Positions 53,911-64,000 of a stretch of 64,000 nt of DNA are shown piece by piece. The stretch's first letter is position 1. Each line of letters begins with the position of its first letter. The position numbers were made by a program, and so were the translations under genes. Location of the stretch: positions 6,014,001-6,078,000 of the forward strand of contig JAYWIR010000004.1 in the NCBI GenBank assembly GCA_036172245.1. The letters run 5' to 3'. The notes below the pieces were generated by a model. That model was not told the DNA's origin. It saw only the letters and a list, made by a program, of their open reading frames with translations, and ran no database searches. Source of the DNA: Raillietiella orientalis. Lineage: Eukaryota.

Positions 53911-54637
53911 TCTCCTCCCGCCCTGGACGATCTTGCTGTTTAGAAAGTCACGTCTCCTCCTAACCCACGTCCGCTTGCTGCCCACGAGATGGACGCACGC
54001 GTGCGAGAGACTCCCCCCTCTGACGTCACGTCACTGGTGGGTCGTCGGAAGGCGCGTGCCGTGCAGCCGGAGCGACCAGTTCGGGGAGTGACGCGAGCTG
54101 CGGCGAACGTGCAGCTTTGGGACTTCACGCACGGAACAGTCGCTTTCTCCTCAGCTACCCTCGCATGCCATCAGGCATTACTTGATCCAAACCTCGTGAT
54201 GCTGCATTATTCATAATTTGAATTACAAATGGAAAGCATCCTGCTTCCTTGGTCTAAATTTGTTCCGAGAAAATATATTTGCTCCAGTGATCTGGATAAA
54301 GGAAACTGATGGGTGAAGTATCTGTTCTTGCTGTTGCTTAGGCAGAAGAAGGAGAAGGAGGAGGAGCAGAAAAAAAAAAGAGCAGAAAATAAAGATTCGC
54401 TCCATTTACCTTAATACTCAGATGTAGTAATCGCTACTTTGACTTCATGGAATCGATAAATCTTAGTTATTATGCAAGTCATATCCGTTGTCAAGTAAAA
54501 TCCTGATTAATGGATGATGGATTCATTGTCATTCATTAATATACGGTCGTGAAGAGGGGCGTATTTATAAGAATGGTTCAAGGTACACTTTTCTTGAAAG
54601 GTGAACAATCTCCCCCCCCTCCTCTCCCAGAGATTTT

Positions 54638-55650
54638 AACCCTGTCACGCCGGGACGTTTATTTTGCCAAAAAAAGAACAAAACAAAACACAATTTTGAG
54701 GGGAAATGTATCTCCTCAAAAAAGAAAACAAGTTCCACCCTTTTCGCTCTCAAAAAAGAGGTTCATCAGGGAAGACCACCGGCACGCAGGCAGGCTTCCG
54801 AAAAGTAGGAAGCGGAGGGAGGGGATAATAAATAAATAAAATTAGAAGGGGCGTGGGAGAGGGGTCATTGGTACGAAACGTTCCATTATTCCAGAAGCGG
54901 CTGTGGACGGAGGCGATCTCCGCGGAGACTTTTGGCAGACAAGGCCACCTTGTCGCTGCTGCCCTCATGAGGTCTGTTGCCGTGCTGGTGGCCTTCGCCG
55001 CGAACTTGCTTAGAGCACATGGTGGACTGTCACTATGGAGCGGATACAACAGATGTTGCGATCACAGCGCTCTTTTTCAGCAAGCCTCCGATGAAGAAGC
55101 GTCACAGCAAGTCCGTTGCAGTATCCTGCGGTCGATGGAGCCCCAAAGCAAGTCTCCACCACAAGTCCGCGAGGACACTGCAGTCCAATAGCAGGATTCC
55201 AGAGCAGCGATTCGCAGCTCCGCACCTTGAACAGTTCGGAGAGGCAACTGCTCTGGAAACCAGGTGTCTGTGCTGATTGCACTGAAATTTCCTGTGCGGA
55301 AACAGCAGGGCATCCCGTTTCCAGTGTAGCGGGAACACGGTGGTGTCAACGCAAAGGGAAGGGACCACGAGTTCTTCGGGGAGCACACCAAGCACGTCAT
55401 TCCACTGGGACTGGAGCTCCGGAGGGCGGCCAAGCTGACCAGGGCCAAAAACTGAATCTTCTGCTGGCCCGCGAACTGTAATGTTTGGTTGCAGGAAACC
55501 GTTCGCACATGGGCCAAGAACAATGAAGCGAGCCCTGAGATGCAGCAGCGACTGCTGCACTCCTACAACAACCGCTCGCTTCAGGACGTCATTGTTCAGC
55601 CACCACGTGTGAATGGACGCAAAGAACCCTACTAGCCGCGGCACTGCCCT
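54638..55650 (-). mobile_element. L1/Tx1-like retrotransposon 3' end, copy A (zinc knuckle, 3' UTR, terminal motif)
   Basis: WNDVLGVLPEEL...ALLFPHRKFQCNQHRHLVSRAVASPNCSRCG...LLLDCSVLADLWWRL...RAAATRW...EIASV...DPSP; homologous to copies B and C; terminal AATAAACGTCCCGGCGTGAC at 54663-54644. Confidence 0.7.
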
Positions 55651-55679
55651 CCCTCAGGGAGCACCTGGGCAGTAACCAG

Positions 55680-56537
55680 CTGGCCAAATGGGAGGTCAGT
55701 AGCGAAATAAGTTTTTGACGGACGAAGGAATTAGGTGGTTGGACCATGGCTCACTAACGCTGCGATCCCAAGTGCCCCACCGAAGAACTATTGCGCCGGG
55801 GTGAGCTGATGAAAATTCCACAGGAAGACCTCAAGTGGCCCCCGGCGCTGAAGAATAATCGGATCCTCCTACAGAATTAGCAGGAGACGGCACTTCTGTT
55901 GCGCTGGTATCCTGTGCAACGCGCATCGCTCTCACTGGACCAGGAGGGCTGTAAACCCCAACTGTTGCAGATGTGGGAGCGGAAATCTACTCTTAGACTG
56001 TGTTGCCCTCTGGCCCCTGTAGTTGCGTTACGCAACAGTCCTTGGTGCACCAACGGACAATCCCAGGGACGTGTTGAAGCGCCTCTTCGTGAGAGACGCC
56101 CTTCCGCCTGCCGCATCCCCAGAAGCTTTGTGCTACTGCTTACGCGGGATTGTGGTGACCTGGACCTAAGCGACAACAGGCGATAAGGACGCCATCTGCT
56201 TCGTCCTGCGCTTCCTAAGGACGGCAGCAAGATGGTCCACCCGATCATACTCGGATGGAACTTGCCAGCATCCTGGAAAGGATGCAGAGGACATCCTCCA
56301 GTGGACAGTGATCCCTTCCCTAACCCTGTCAATTTTTTTAAAATACTCTTTGTTTTATTTTTATTTTTGCTTGTCCTATCCCACTCTGCTACCGAGGCGA
56401 ACCTCGCCGGTTTGAGTACCGGTTACTCGGCAGGTTAGGAGCAATTTCGGACAATGTCGGTCCGATAACCATACACTTGTATGTTTGTTTATGTGTTTGT
56501 TTTTCATAATAAACGTCCCGGCGTGACCTGGTGATAA
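55680..56537 (+). mobile_element. L1/Tx1-like retrotransposon 3' end, copy B
   Basis: GELMKIPQEDLKWP...ETALLLR/GILCNAHRSHWTRRAVNPNCCRCGSGNLLLDCVALWPL...PRDVLKRLF...FLRTAARW...ELASILERMQ...DPFP; terminal AATAAACGTCCCGGCGTGAC at 56508-56527. Confidence 0.7.
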
Positions 56538-56539
56538 AC

Positions 56540-57230
56540 CAAGCAGTTCATTCCACCGAAGGAGTCCCTTTACCTGGAAACGAGGGGTGGTGGCATTCAT
56601 CAACTTGCTCATCCTGCAGCGTTCAGAAGATTTTCGACTCCTACAGTGTTGCAGGAGACTCCCACCCCTCCCGCTGGCAGCTGTCGTTACTTGCCCTGAG
56701 GGCAGACAGCGCTGTAGCAATGGGTGAGATGGCTAAACGGGACCATTGCTTTCAATCCTGCAAGAGATCTCCTAGCTATTTGTTTAGAAGATCCTGCAGA
56801 GGTCGCAGTTATTCTGGGAGCACTTCCAAAGAGGCGGTCCAGCACTCCAGAGCCTCCTCCGCCAGAGGTGGTCTCCTAAGTTACTAGCGCATTTCCTGCT
56901 CCGTGACAGGGCTGACCGTTTTGCCATTGGTCTCTGCCTCGCATTCGGCGTCCGCCTTGTGCTCCTGCAGCCATGGGTCATGCCTTCCAAAAGTTTCTGC
57001 GAGGGACAAATTGCAGGTTCATCCTGCTCGCATCATTCCTTCCTCTGTCTTCACGCGAGCGGGCCCTGCGGCGAGGACAGGCCTGCGAATTCCCAGGCGC
57101 TCGTATTTCCGCATGCGCTCTCGACTGGAGGTGCCGTGGGGCTTCTAGACCTTGCCGCACGCGCATCCTTGTTTCGAGGAAACCTCGGCAGGGAAGCTTC
57201 TGGATCCCCATTGGGTGGGTGAGCTGCTCT
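56540..57230 (-). mobile_element. Decayed L1-clade ORF2 fragment (start of RT)
   Basis: SPVTEQEMR, GSGVLDRL (SPG.DGL-like), LQDLLNK, WESPATL*ESKIF (WRPISLL..D.KI-like). Confidence 0.45.
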
Positions 57231-58099
57231 CTCCGAAGTGAAAGAAGTTTTGTATTCCAATCTGCTCGACTTTCCGTTGCTCTGGGAATCGAGACGCCAT
57301 CTGGGAAACCACTGTCCCCTTCCTCCCCCGAGTCGTTCCGACCCACCGCACCGACGTCGCTCCCTGGTGGCACGTCTTCCCAGCTCGACCGCCCTTCAGA
57401 CGCCTCTCCTGTGTTCTCTCGCCTGTTCGGGGAAAAGAAAGGAGGAGGAGGACGAAGTGCTCCCTGACTCCACGCCGCGCTGCAGGAGCCCGCCGGTAAA
57501 TGCATGGGAGGCGTTTGGGAACAGCATGCAGACAAAGGCTTTCACGTCGGCGACTGAAAACGGGGGGAGATTCGTAAGGTTCTGGAAAGGGAGAGTTTCC
57601 AGAAAGAAAGGAATCTACGAGCCAAGTAGGAAAAAATTCTGAACAAGTAAAACGACAGCAAAAGCAAAGAGGAAATTCCTGTTGCAAGGCCGCTTCCATG
57701 GTGCAGAATTTGAAAAAGCCGAAGTGATCAAGGAACATGACTGAAGAGGTCACACTCGCCTTCCGGATGAACCTGAGTCTAAAGGAAGCAACGGTGGGCA
57801 TTCAGTGAGCATTTTCAGTTTCCCAGCGACTAGAAATCGGACAACCAGAATTTTGGGGAATTTTTTTTCTCAAAGAGTCACATTCCAGATGGTTTTCATT
57901 CTTCGCCTCTCAGTGACTATGGAAGCTGGCACAAGAGTAGACAGGTCTTGTCCGGCAGCCAGGCAAAAGCGGGGATTGCTATCAACATTTTCTGCTTTTG
58001 TCTTCTCTTACAAAGCGACGCATCGCCTGTTGGCTAAGATCAAAGTGAAAGACGATTCATCCTTGAGTGTGCTCCCCAAGCTGGTTTTTCGTCGGATCT

Positions 58100-58450
58100 G
58101 GCAGCCGCAATTGGGGAGTTTTACTGAGTTCTGCGGACGACAGGCAAGTACGGCATTCCTCGAGCGCGAACAAGTGTCTTCTGGAGAGACAGGATAGCAA
58201 GAAGACTGGGAGGAGAATCGACGGAAGTGAGTGGAGAACAAGATGTTCCATCCTCTTACAAGTGGGAGCGAACCAGATCGACCTATAAACAGGCACGCGT
58301 GAAGACCAGGCGATCTTGTTCAGAAAATCAGTCCTAGTCCAAATCTGCTTGCTTCCCACCAGATGGGTCCGAACTGGGACCCAGGCCCAAGTTACCGTAG
58401 ATCCACAAGAGTCACGGCGGATCACCGTGGATTTATTGGTAGTGATCGAG
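58100..58450 (+). mobile_element. Decayed APE-type endonuclease fragment (C-terminal part)
   Basis: LLERQDSKKTGRRIDGSEW...ANQIDL shared with 51843-51967, with several synonymous differences; KSVLVQICLLP (S.LD.I-like); ADHRG at 58417-58431 (SDH-like). Confidence 0.5.
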
Positions 58451-59149
58451 GAAACGCTAGAATGTATTTCCGAGTCATCTGTGACAGCTGATACGGCATC
58501 TAATTTCCCCCCTGAAGAAACTGCCGGATTTTGAAAAGGCAAAAGAACCAAAGTGGTCAAATTTATTCCCACGATTTTTTCAATTAATGTTTCAGTTAAA
58601 CTTGAAAGTTTCAAATTGAAAATATCACGATAGTTTCAGTTTGTCAATTGTTTTCAATTGCTTTTCTGCTTAGTTTCTTCGATCTATTTCTCTTTCTTTG
58701 ATTGCCACGTGGAAGAGTGTTGCTCTTCGACATGATAATTCATGAATTCGGGAGTATTCAATGCGTCGTTTTTCAACATTCAGCAATCTCAAGGGACTTT
58801 AAAAGAAAGATGAACAGATTTAAGACAGAAATATCATGAAAATCCGTTTGTGCCGATAAGGATGGATGGAGCCTGAGATGTCGTGTGAGGTGTCGTGTGA
58901 CTTTCAGAAGAGGTCAGAGGAAATGGGCTTGGAAAGCACATGGAGAATTGATGAGAGTCTCTCTGAGCACCAAGGTAGACAACGTTCCTATCCACAGGAG
59001 TGTTCCATGAATAAAATTCTAGTATTTCTTTACCTATGATAATACTTGATGTTTTCTGTAGCAGCCTCTCACAGTGTCACCTAGGATTCAACCGATTTCA
59101 TGATCTCGATTTTGAGAAGAGATTAGTGATAAGTAGATCTCTGCTCGCC

Positions 59150-60360
59150 ATGGACTAGCTCGCACCGCAGTAGCCCTCCTCGGAGAACTTTCGCAGCACT
59201 TCATTCCTCCTATTCCCAGATAGGAAATTCAAAGTCCACGTCGGGAGTGCCAGTCAGTTGTCCTTTAGAGGGATGCAGTCGCCGAACCATTGGCAAGTTT
59301 CACGGCGGGTCCGCACTGGCTGTGTGGGAAGGACTTTAAGCCTCCAATGTCCACTTGGAGGCTTCAGAGTTTCTCACCTTGCTGTTCTTGCAACCAACTT
59401 CCCACCTCCCAGAGATGGGCTTCTGTGCTCTCTCAGGAATGGCGACAAGTTCCGCAGCCGCTTGTCGTATTGATATCCACGGCTCCTCTTGCTCATGTCG
59501 TTTGTCTTCCACCCTCCGGTGAATTCTTATTGCACCTCCTTTCTGAGGCTCCGAAGAATGTCCAGGGTATTTTCCCAATGCTGCCTCGGTTTGCCGAAAG
59601 AAATCATCCAAGAGCATGCTGCTTTCGGAGATTTTCATCCAAGGAGACTCTTCACACGGAGCTGAGGCACTACGAAAGATCCTGAAGCGCAATGCACTGC
59701 TGCTCGCTTCTGGAATCATGGGTCGCAGATCATCTTTCAGATCTCTTCGTAGCATTCAGAAGATTCAGGCGCTCACTCCAAAGATGGGATGATGGAAACC
59801 ATGTATCCGGCGTTTCTAGGGATTGTCTCGATATCCCAATCACTTTCCTCGGTTTGTTTTTCCTTCTAAAGCTTCGTACCCTCCTCTTCTCATTTATTCC
59901 TCTGCTTCTGGGTGAAGGTGGTCATGAGAATCTCCTTGAAGAAAAGACCAAAGGCCTTCAGGACGACGCTGTGGGTGGCAGTGCTGGTCCCATAGTTTTC
60001 GGTCTTCTCTTATTCTGTATGCCCGGCAACTTGCTTGGTCCAGACGGTGAGGTTGGCAACCAAGCAAATACATTCCTGGCTTGCTAAAAAGCTCTTTCCT
60101 TGCTCCTCTCCAGCATGCGTAGGCTGAGCTTCCACGTGGGTATTCTTCGGATTTCCTGGATCGGGATGCAGTTTACGGGGAGAACTGGGTTTGCGAAAGT
60201 CCATCTCCCTAAACTGATTCCGTAGGAGCCAGGACGCTTGCCATCTCTTGGACTTCCTGGAAGGTCTTCATCGGCTTTATCCCTTCGCGTGGCTGATCTC
60301 CAAGCATCGTCATCTGAGGAACATTCGAGTTCATCTAGGATGAAGCAAAGATCTCTAAAG
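59150..60360 (-). mobile_element. Decayed L1-clade ORF2 fragment (endonuclease end, linker, RT start)
   Basis: DDAWRS (about 60300), WKLSLRMLE (about 60108-60134, WKLN..LL-like), SVVLKAFGLFFKEIL...QKQRNK, ALRFRIF...CEE, LEA/LKVLP...LPM (KSPGPDGLP region). Confidence 0.5.
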
Positions 60361-60529
60361 AGTTAAGAGCTTGGAGGTACAAGGGATGGAGTCCCATGCA
60401 CTCCCCTTCCCGTACATTCCTGCTCGATAGGCTTCCGGGAAGGACGTTTCCGGAACAATCATCTCTCGTCCTCTCTCCGGCGGCTGTGTTGATCGAGAAA
60501 GCGTCGCACCTCGCAGCGACCGCTCACTT

Positions 60530-60910
60530 GCCAGGACTCATCTCCAGCTTCTGAAGACGAGGTCTCCATGGCATTCTCCCCAAGCGTGCGAGGAGAGGGA
60601 GAGATCTGGAGTCAGTTGGCGCCATGGACACCTGGAGCCTCCGGCCAGTCAGAAAGAGCTGGGAAGGGCTAAGGTGCATCCGATCCTCTTGTCTCTCCCA
60701 TCCTTTCCCAGCCTCAAAGCTCAATCCCCATTCCTGACGTGGGGGTTCCCGAGGATTTCGCGATGCACGTTCCGCGTTACGTCAGACGTGCACTTCGTTG
60801 CTGCCACGAGGAAGCATTGCCTTGAGAATGCTCGGCTCGTGTCCTTTCATCTGCATCTTGGCCTGAGGTGCGAATCACTGCCGAGACGCGTGCTCTTTGG
60901 ATACCATTAA
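60530..60910 (+). mobile_element. Decayed non-LTR RT core fragment
   Basis: GLR...DPLVSPIL (GLRQGDPLSPIL-like, about 60665-60705), TSDVHFVA (YADD-like, about 60780), FHLHLGLR (F...SGL..N-like, about 60845-60870). Confidence 0.45.
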
Positions 60911-61579
60911 GAAGATTAAAAATTCGAGATCGTTAGATTCCTCTCGTTGTCTTGGAGCTCAAGATGCTACTACCTTCCCCATCTTCGCTGGGCAATTTTT
61001 GCCTTCTTGTATCGCAGAGATTTATCGAGTTTTACTGCATCCTCCGTTCGCTTCCTTATTCGCACGGGAAATCATCCTATTAGAGTTCCGACGGAGTACT
61101 TTCGTTTTTGATTTATTCCTGGTTTTTTCTCTCTCGGGTGCAGGATCGCTGCTAGGCTTCGGGAAGCCTTCCGGTTTGCTAGCTGGGAGGTCTCGCGTGT
61201 CTCCGTTGCGGAGGAGGAGGCTCACGCACAAGGCAAAGTAGGAAGGGATACCCATGCACCCCCCACCCCCCTTTTTCTCTTCCTGCCCCAGGTCTCACTC
61301 GCTGAACCACGTGCCGATTGCGTGCTCGCTCCTCCCTCCTTTCATGGGCGAGGCGCTGCCTACAGCGCGCCATGTCGTTCACATCCTCCCACGTTGCCGG
61401 AATTCTTCAGCTCGGAGTATCGGTCCGTTCGTGGGCGCCTCCCGTGGGTCCGTCCTGGCGAGCGGGATTGGTCGCTACGGGACGGAACAAGCGTTGGGTT
61501 ACGGAGCTCTGATGAGACGCTGGTCGGACCCCATGGAAGGCGTTGGTAGCATGGACAGCAGGACGGCGAACACGTAAGT

Positions 61580-62400
61580 TTTCCACCCAGTTCTGCCGGG
61601 GCATTTATTCATTTATTCTTGAAAAAACAATCAAAGGTCAATTAAATGTCTTACTGTGATGAATCACCTAGGTGCACCAGGTGCTTGCAGCTTGCCATGT
61701 ACGTAGGGTGGCGAGGTCCGTTTCCACGGCGACGGGACCAGAAGCAAGCAGGGAAAACGGAAGGAAAAGTTTTTCTGGGAATGGTATCGCATTTCTCTGG
61801 AAAACTTTCGTCTTCTGCATCCTGTACAGGATGCTGGCAAGTTCTGTCCGTGTCTCGCCCAGGTGGGGCCATCTCGAGATGGTCTTCAGGAAGACTGTAG
61901 TCCAGTGGATGGCCTCCCTCCCGTTTCGGCCTCCTCTCCTGGCGGCCCTCCACGCCGCCATGATCTCGCAGAGACAAGAGGACTGCAAGGGACGCGGCTG
62001 GTGGCATTGCAGTACGCACAACGAGGCGTCCGAAATGTCCCTGGGACTGCCCGCTAGGATTCCTAGGGTCATCGAGGGGTGATTTAAAAGGGGACGGAGA
62101 GTGGCACAGTCTGGCAAAAGCTGAGGGAGGGTCTTCTTCTCCCTGCACCTGTCCCATTCCGCACTCGCCCCTCCCCAGTTCCAGTGGTGAAGGCGTGCCT
62201 TGCATGGGGGACCGTATCGGTCGGCAGGGACTCGCCTACGCTAAAAACCGGCTGCTGGGGTGGACGGCGCCCAGGTGTCGAGCCGACTGCCATCGAAGGG
62301 CCGTTCCTGCCTCCAGAGCATTCCTTCATCGGAGGGCGGCGAGTTTCCCAGCTTCCGGAGGGCGGAAGGAGCGCCACGGACGCGCATCTGCATCAGAGGA
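61580..62400 (-). mobile_element. L1/Tx1-like retrotransposon 3' end, copy C
   Basis: RYGPPCKARLHHW...AEWDRCREKKTLPQLLPDCATLRPL...SPRDI...VFLKTISRW...TELASILYRMQ...IPFP; terminal AATAAATGCCCCGGCAGAACTGGG at 61609-61586; 5' limit approximate. Confidence 0.65.
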
Positions 62401-62552
62401 GCTCTCGGCTGCGGGGTGTTTCTTCGTGAGGCAACGGCTGCCCTCCACCTAAGAGACAGCACCGTCGCCACGTTCGACGGGCCACAGCCAACGCGTAGGT
62501 CCTTTCGCGATTTTCCGCTGGTGGCGCTTCTCGTCCCGCCTCAGCAGCCTCA

Positions 62553-62578
62553 GGCGGCGGCGGCGGCGGCGGCGGCGG
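62553..62578 (+). repeat. (GGC)8 trinucleotide microsatellite
   Basis: eight perfect GGC units plus GG. Confidence 0.95.
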
Positions 62579-64000
62579 AAACTTCCGCGGTCGTCCCGTC
62601 AGGCTTCGCCGCAAGCGTCCTTTTGGCACAGAGAGGGGTCTAGAGCGTCCGGGAGCTTTGGGAAGGAGGGTGATTCGCGCACCCGATCGAGCCCGCCGGA
62701 GCTCTAGGCTTCCAGCTGCTCCAAGCGCCCTTTCCCGGATCTCTGGAGACTACGTTGCGTCTGGAAGCGGGAAAAAAAGGAAGCAAAGGTGGAGGTGTGC
62801 GTTTGGCAGCAGTTCTGCACCCCCGGATGACTTTGGCATTTTTCTTATTCCTGAGTATTTTCTTATTCCTTTATTGTGTTTTGAGGGGGGTGGAGCAGGG
62901 GTGCTTCTGATGGAGGGGAGGACAATGCAGCTCGAGAGATGACCCAATCAGCCCCGGAGTAAGTTGCGTGGGTCCGTTCCCGGATGCCAAATGCGAGGTC
63001 GCGAGACCTGCGGGAACGGAACTCATAGAGTGATGTCCTCCTCCCTTGCCCGCTCCTGTGCAGATCCCGCGAGAGATCCCGATACTCTCCCAAGAAGCGA
63101 GGGGGGGAGGAGGCGGATGAGGAGGAAAGCCCAACGATCCCGGAAGGCCACTGCGTTCCAGGGCCCACCGCGGCGCCGACGGAATCGCTCGCCCGCTCCT
63201 TGCCTCCCGTCCCGATTCAATTTCCTCGGAAATCTGGGGCCGATCGAACCGCTCCCGGGGTTCTTATTATCGGAACTTTTATCTCGCTCTTGTCGGGAAC
63301 GGAGACGCCGTGCGGCGTTGTGACGATTCCCCGATGAGGACGTTCCCGCGCTTCTTGCTCGCGAGCTCCGCTCTCGGGGACCCCTCTCCCTTAATCACAT
63401 GTTTCAGACACCGCGCTTCCGAAAAACCGAATAATCAGACGCAGTTATTACCCCGATAAAGCCCTGGAATGAGTCCTCCTTCCTTGCGGGTTTTCCGCCG
63501 AAATTTGGCGAGTTTCAGGGGAAGTGAAGGGCGTGTTACCTCCGCGATCTTGGGAGAATCCTTTCGGAGGGAGGAAGGTATCCCCCCCCCCCTCCGATCC
63601 CTCCAGAGGCTTGGATTCTCGTGAGGGCAGTGGGAGGAATTTTTTTTCGCAAGGGGCAATCCGGAAGCGCTCATCGTCCATCCTCGCTTGCGGAGGCGGA
63701 GAGCACGCGCGCTGCTCCGGATTACCCCTCCACGACCAAATCGCGGCCCCACTCGCCTCAAGGACTTGGCGGCTCTGCATCGGGATGGCATCTGGAGCTG
63801 GAGGGGATCGGGCTCCGAGTGTGGTTCCGGATGCCGGCACCTCGCGCCAAGCTGTGGAACTTCTCCGCTCGGTTCACCTGCTCGCCTCACCCTGCGAGCA
63901 GGCGCCACTGGCGAAGAATCGCTGTCGTTGCTGCGGAGCACCCGATGCGGAAATTTGACTTCCCCCCTCGAGGTGACGCCCCTCCTTAGCGGAAGCCTAG

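Noticed and set aside
54742..54769. Hammerhead ribozyme core on minus strand (CTGATGA...GAAA)
   Set aside because: Stem II does not close correctly next to the core and no stems I and III with an NUH site could be formed.
51843..58306. Pair of LTRs with a TATA box (direct repeats 51843-51967 and 58181-58306)
   Set aside because: The repeats translate as endonuclease sequence with synonymous differences; no TG...CA ends, primer-binding site, polypurine tract or gag-pol between them.
59150..60360. Endogenous orthomyxovirus nucleoprotein
   Set aside because: DAWR, WKLSLRMLE and the charged helical segment that follows fit the L1 endonuclease end and linker; the NP-like words are scattered across frames.
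1..64000. CRISPR array or prokaryotic operon or defence system
   Set aside because: No regularly spaced repeats and no operon-like gene density; the genes have spliceosomal introns.

Overview
AT-rich eukaryotic (invertebrate-looking; species not identifiable) genomic DNA. The left half holds two spliced housekeeping genes arranged head to head: NudC on the minus strand (7 coding exons, 6428-11020, 323 aa, three introns under 50 nt) and UBAP1 on the plus strand (ESCRT-I subunit with UMA and SOUBA domains, 5 coding exons, 17890-31392, 429 aa, one 10-kb intron). From about 33 kb to the end I recognised no host gene. That stretch is a dense set of decayed L1-clade (L1/Tx1-like) non-LTR retrotransposon fragments on both strands, plus an internally deleted piggyBac element with both ends and TTAA duplications (47177-48901) and a tRNA-derived SINE-like head. 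The most distinctive observation is that three strongly diverged retrotransposon 3' ends share a terminal AATAAA plus stem-loop motif, with 20 nt identical in two of them. Several decayed frames first looked like orthomyxovirus PB2, PA, PB1 or NP; I rejected that because they fit L1 ORF2 motifs in the correct order. All homology calls come from manual translation and remembered family motifs, not database searches, and fragment boundaries are approximate.
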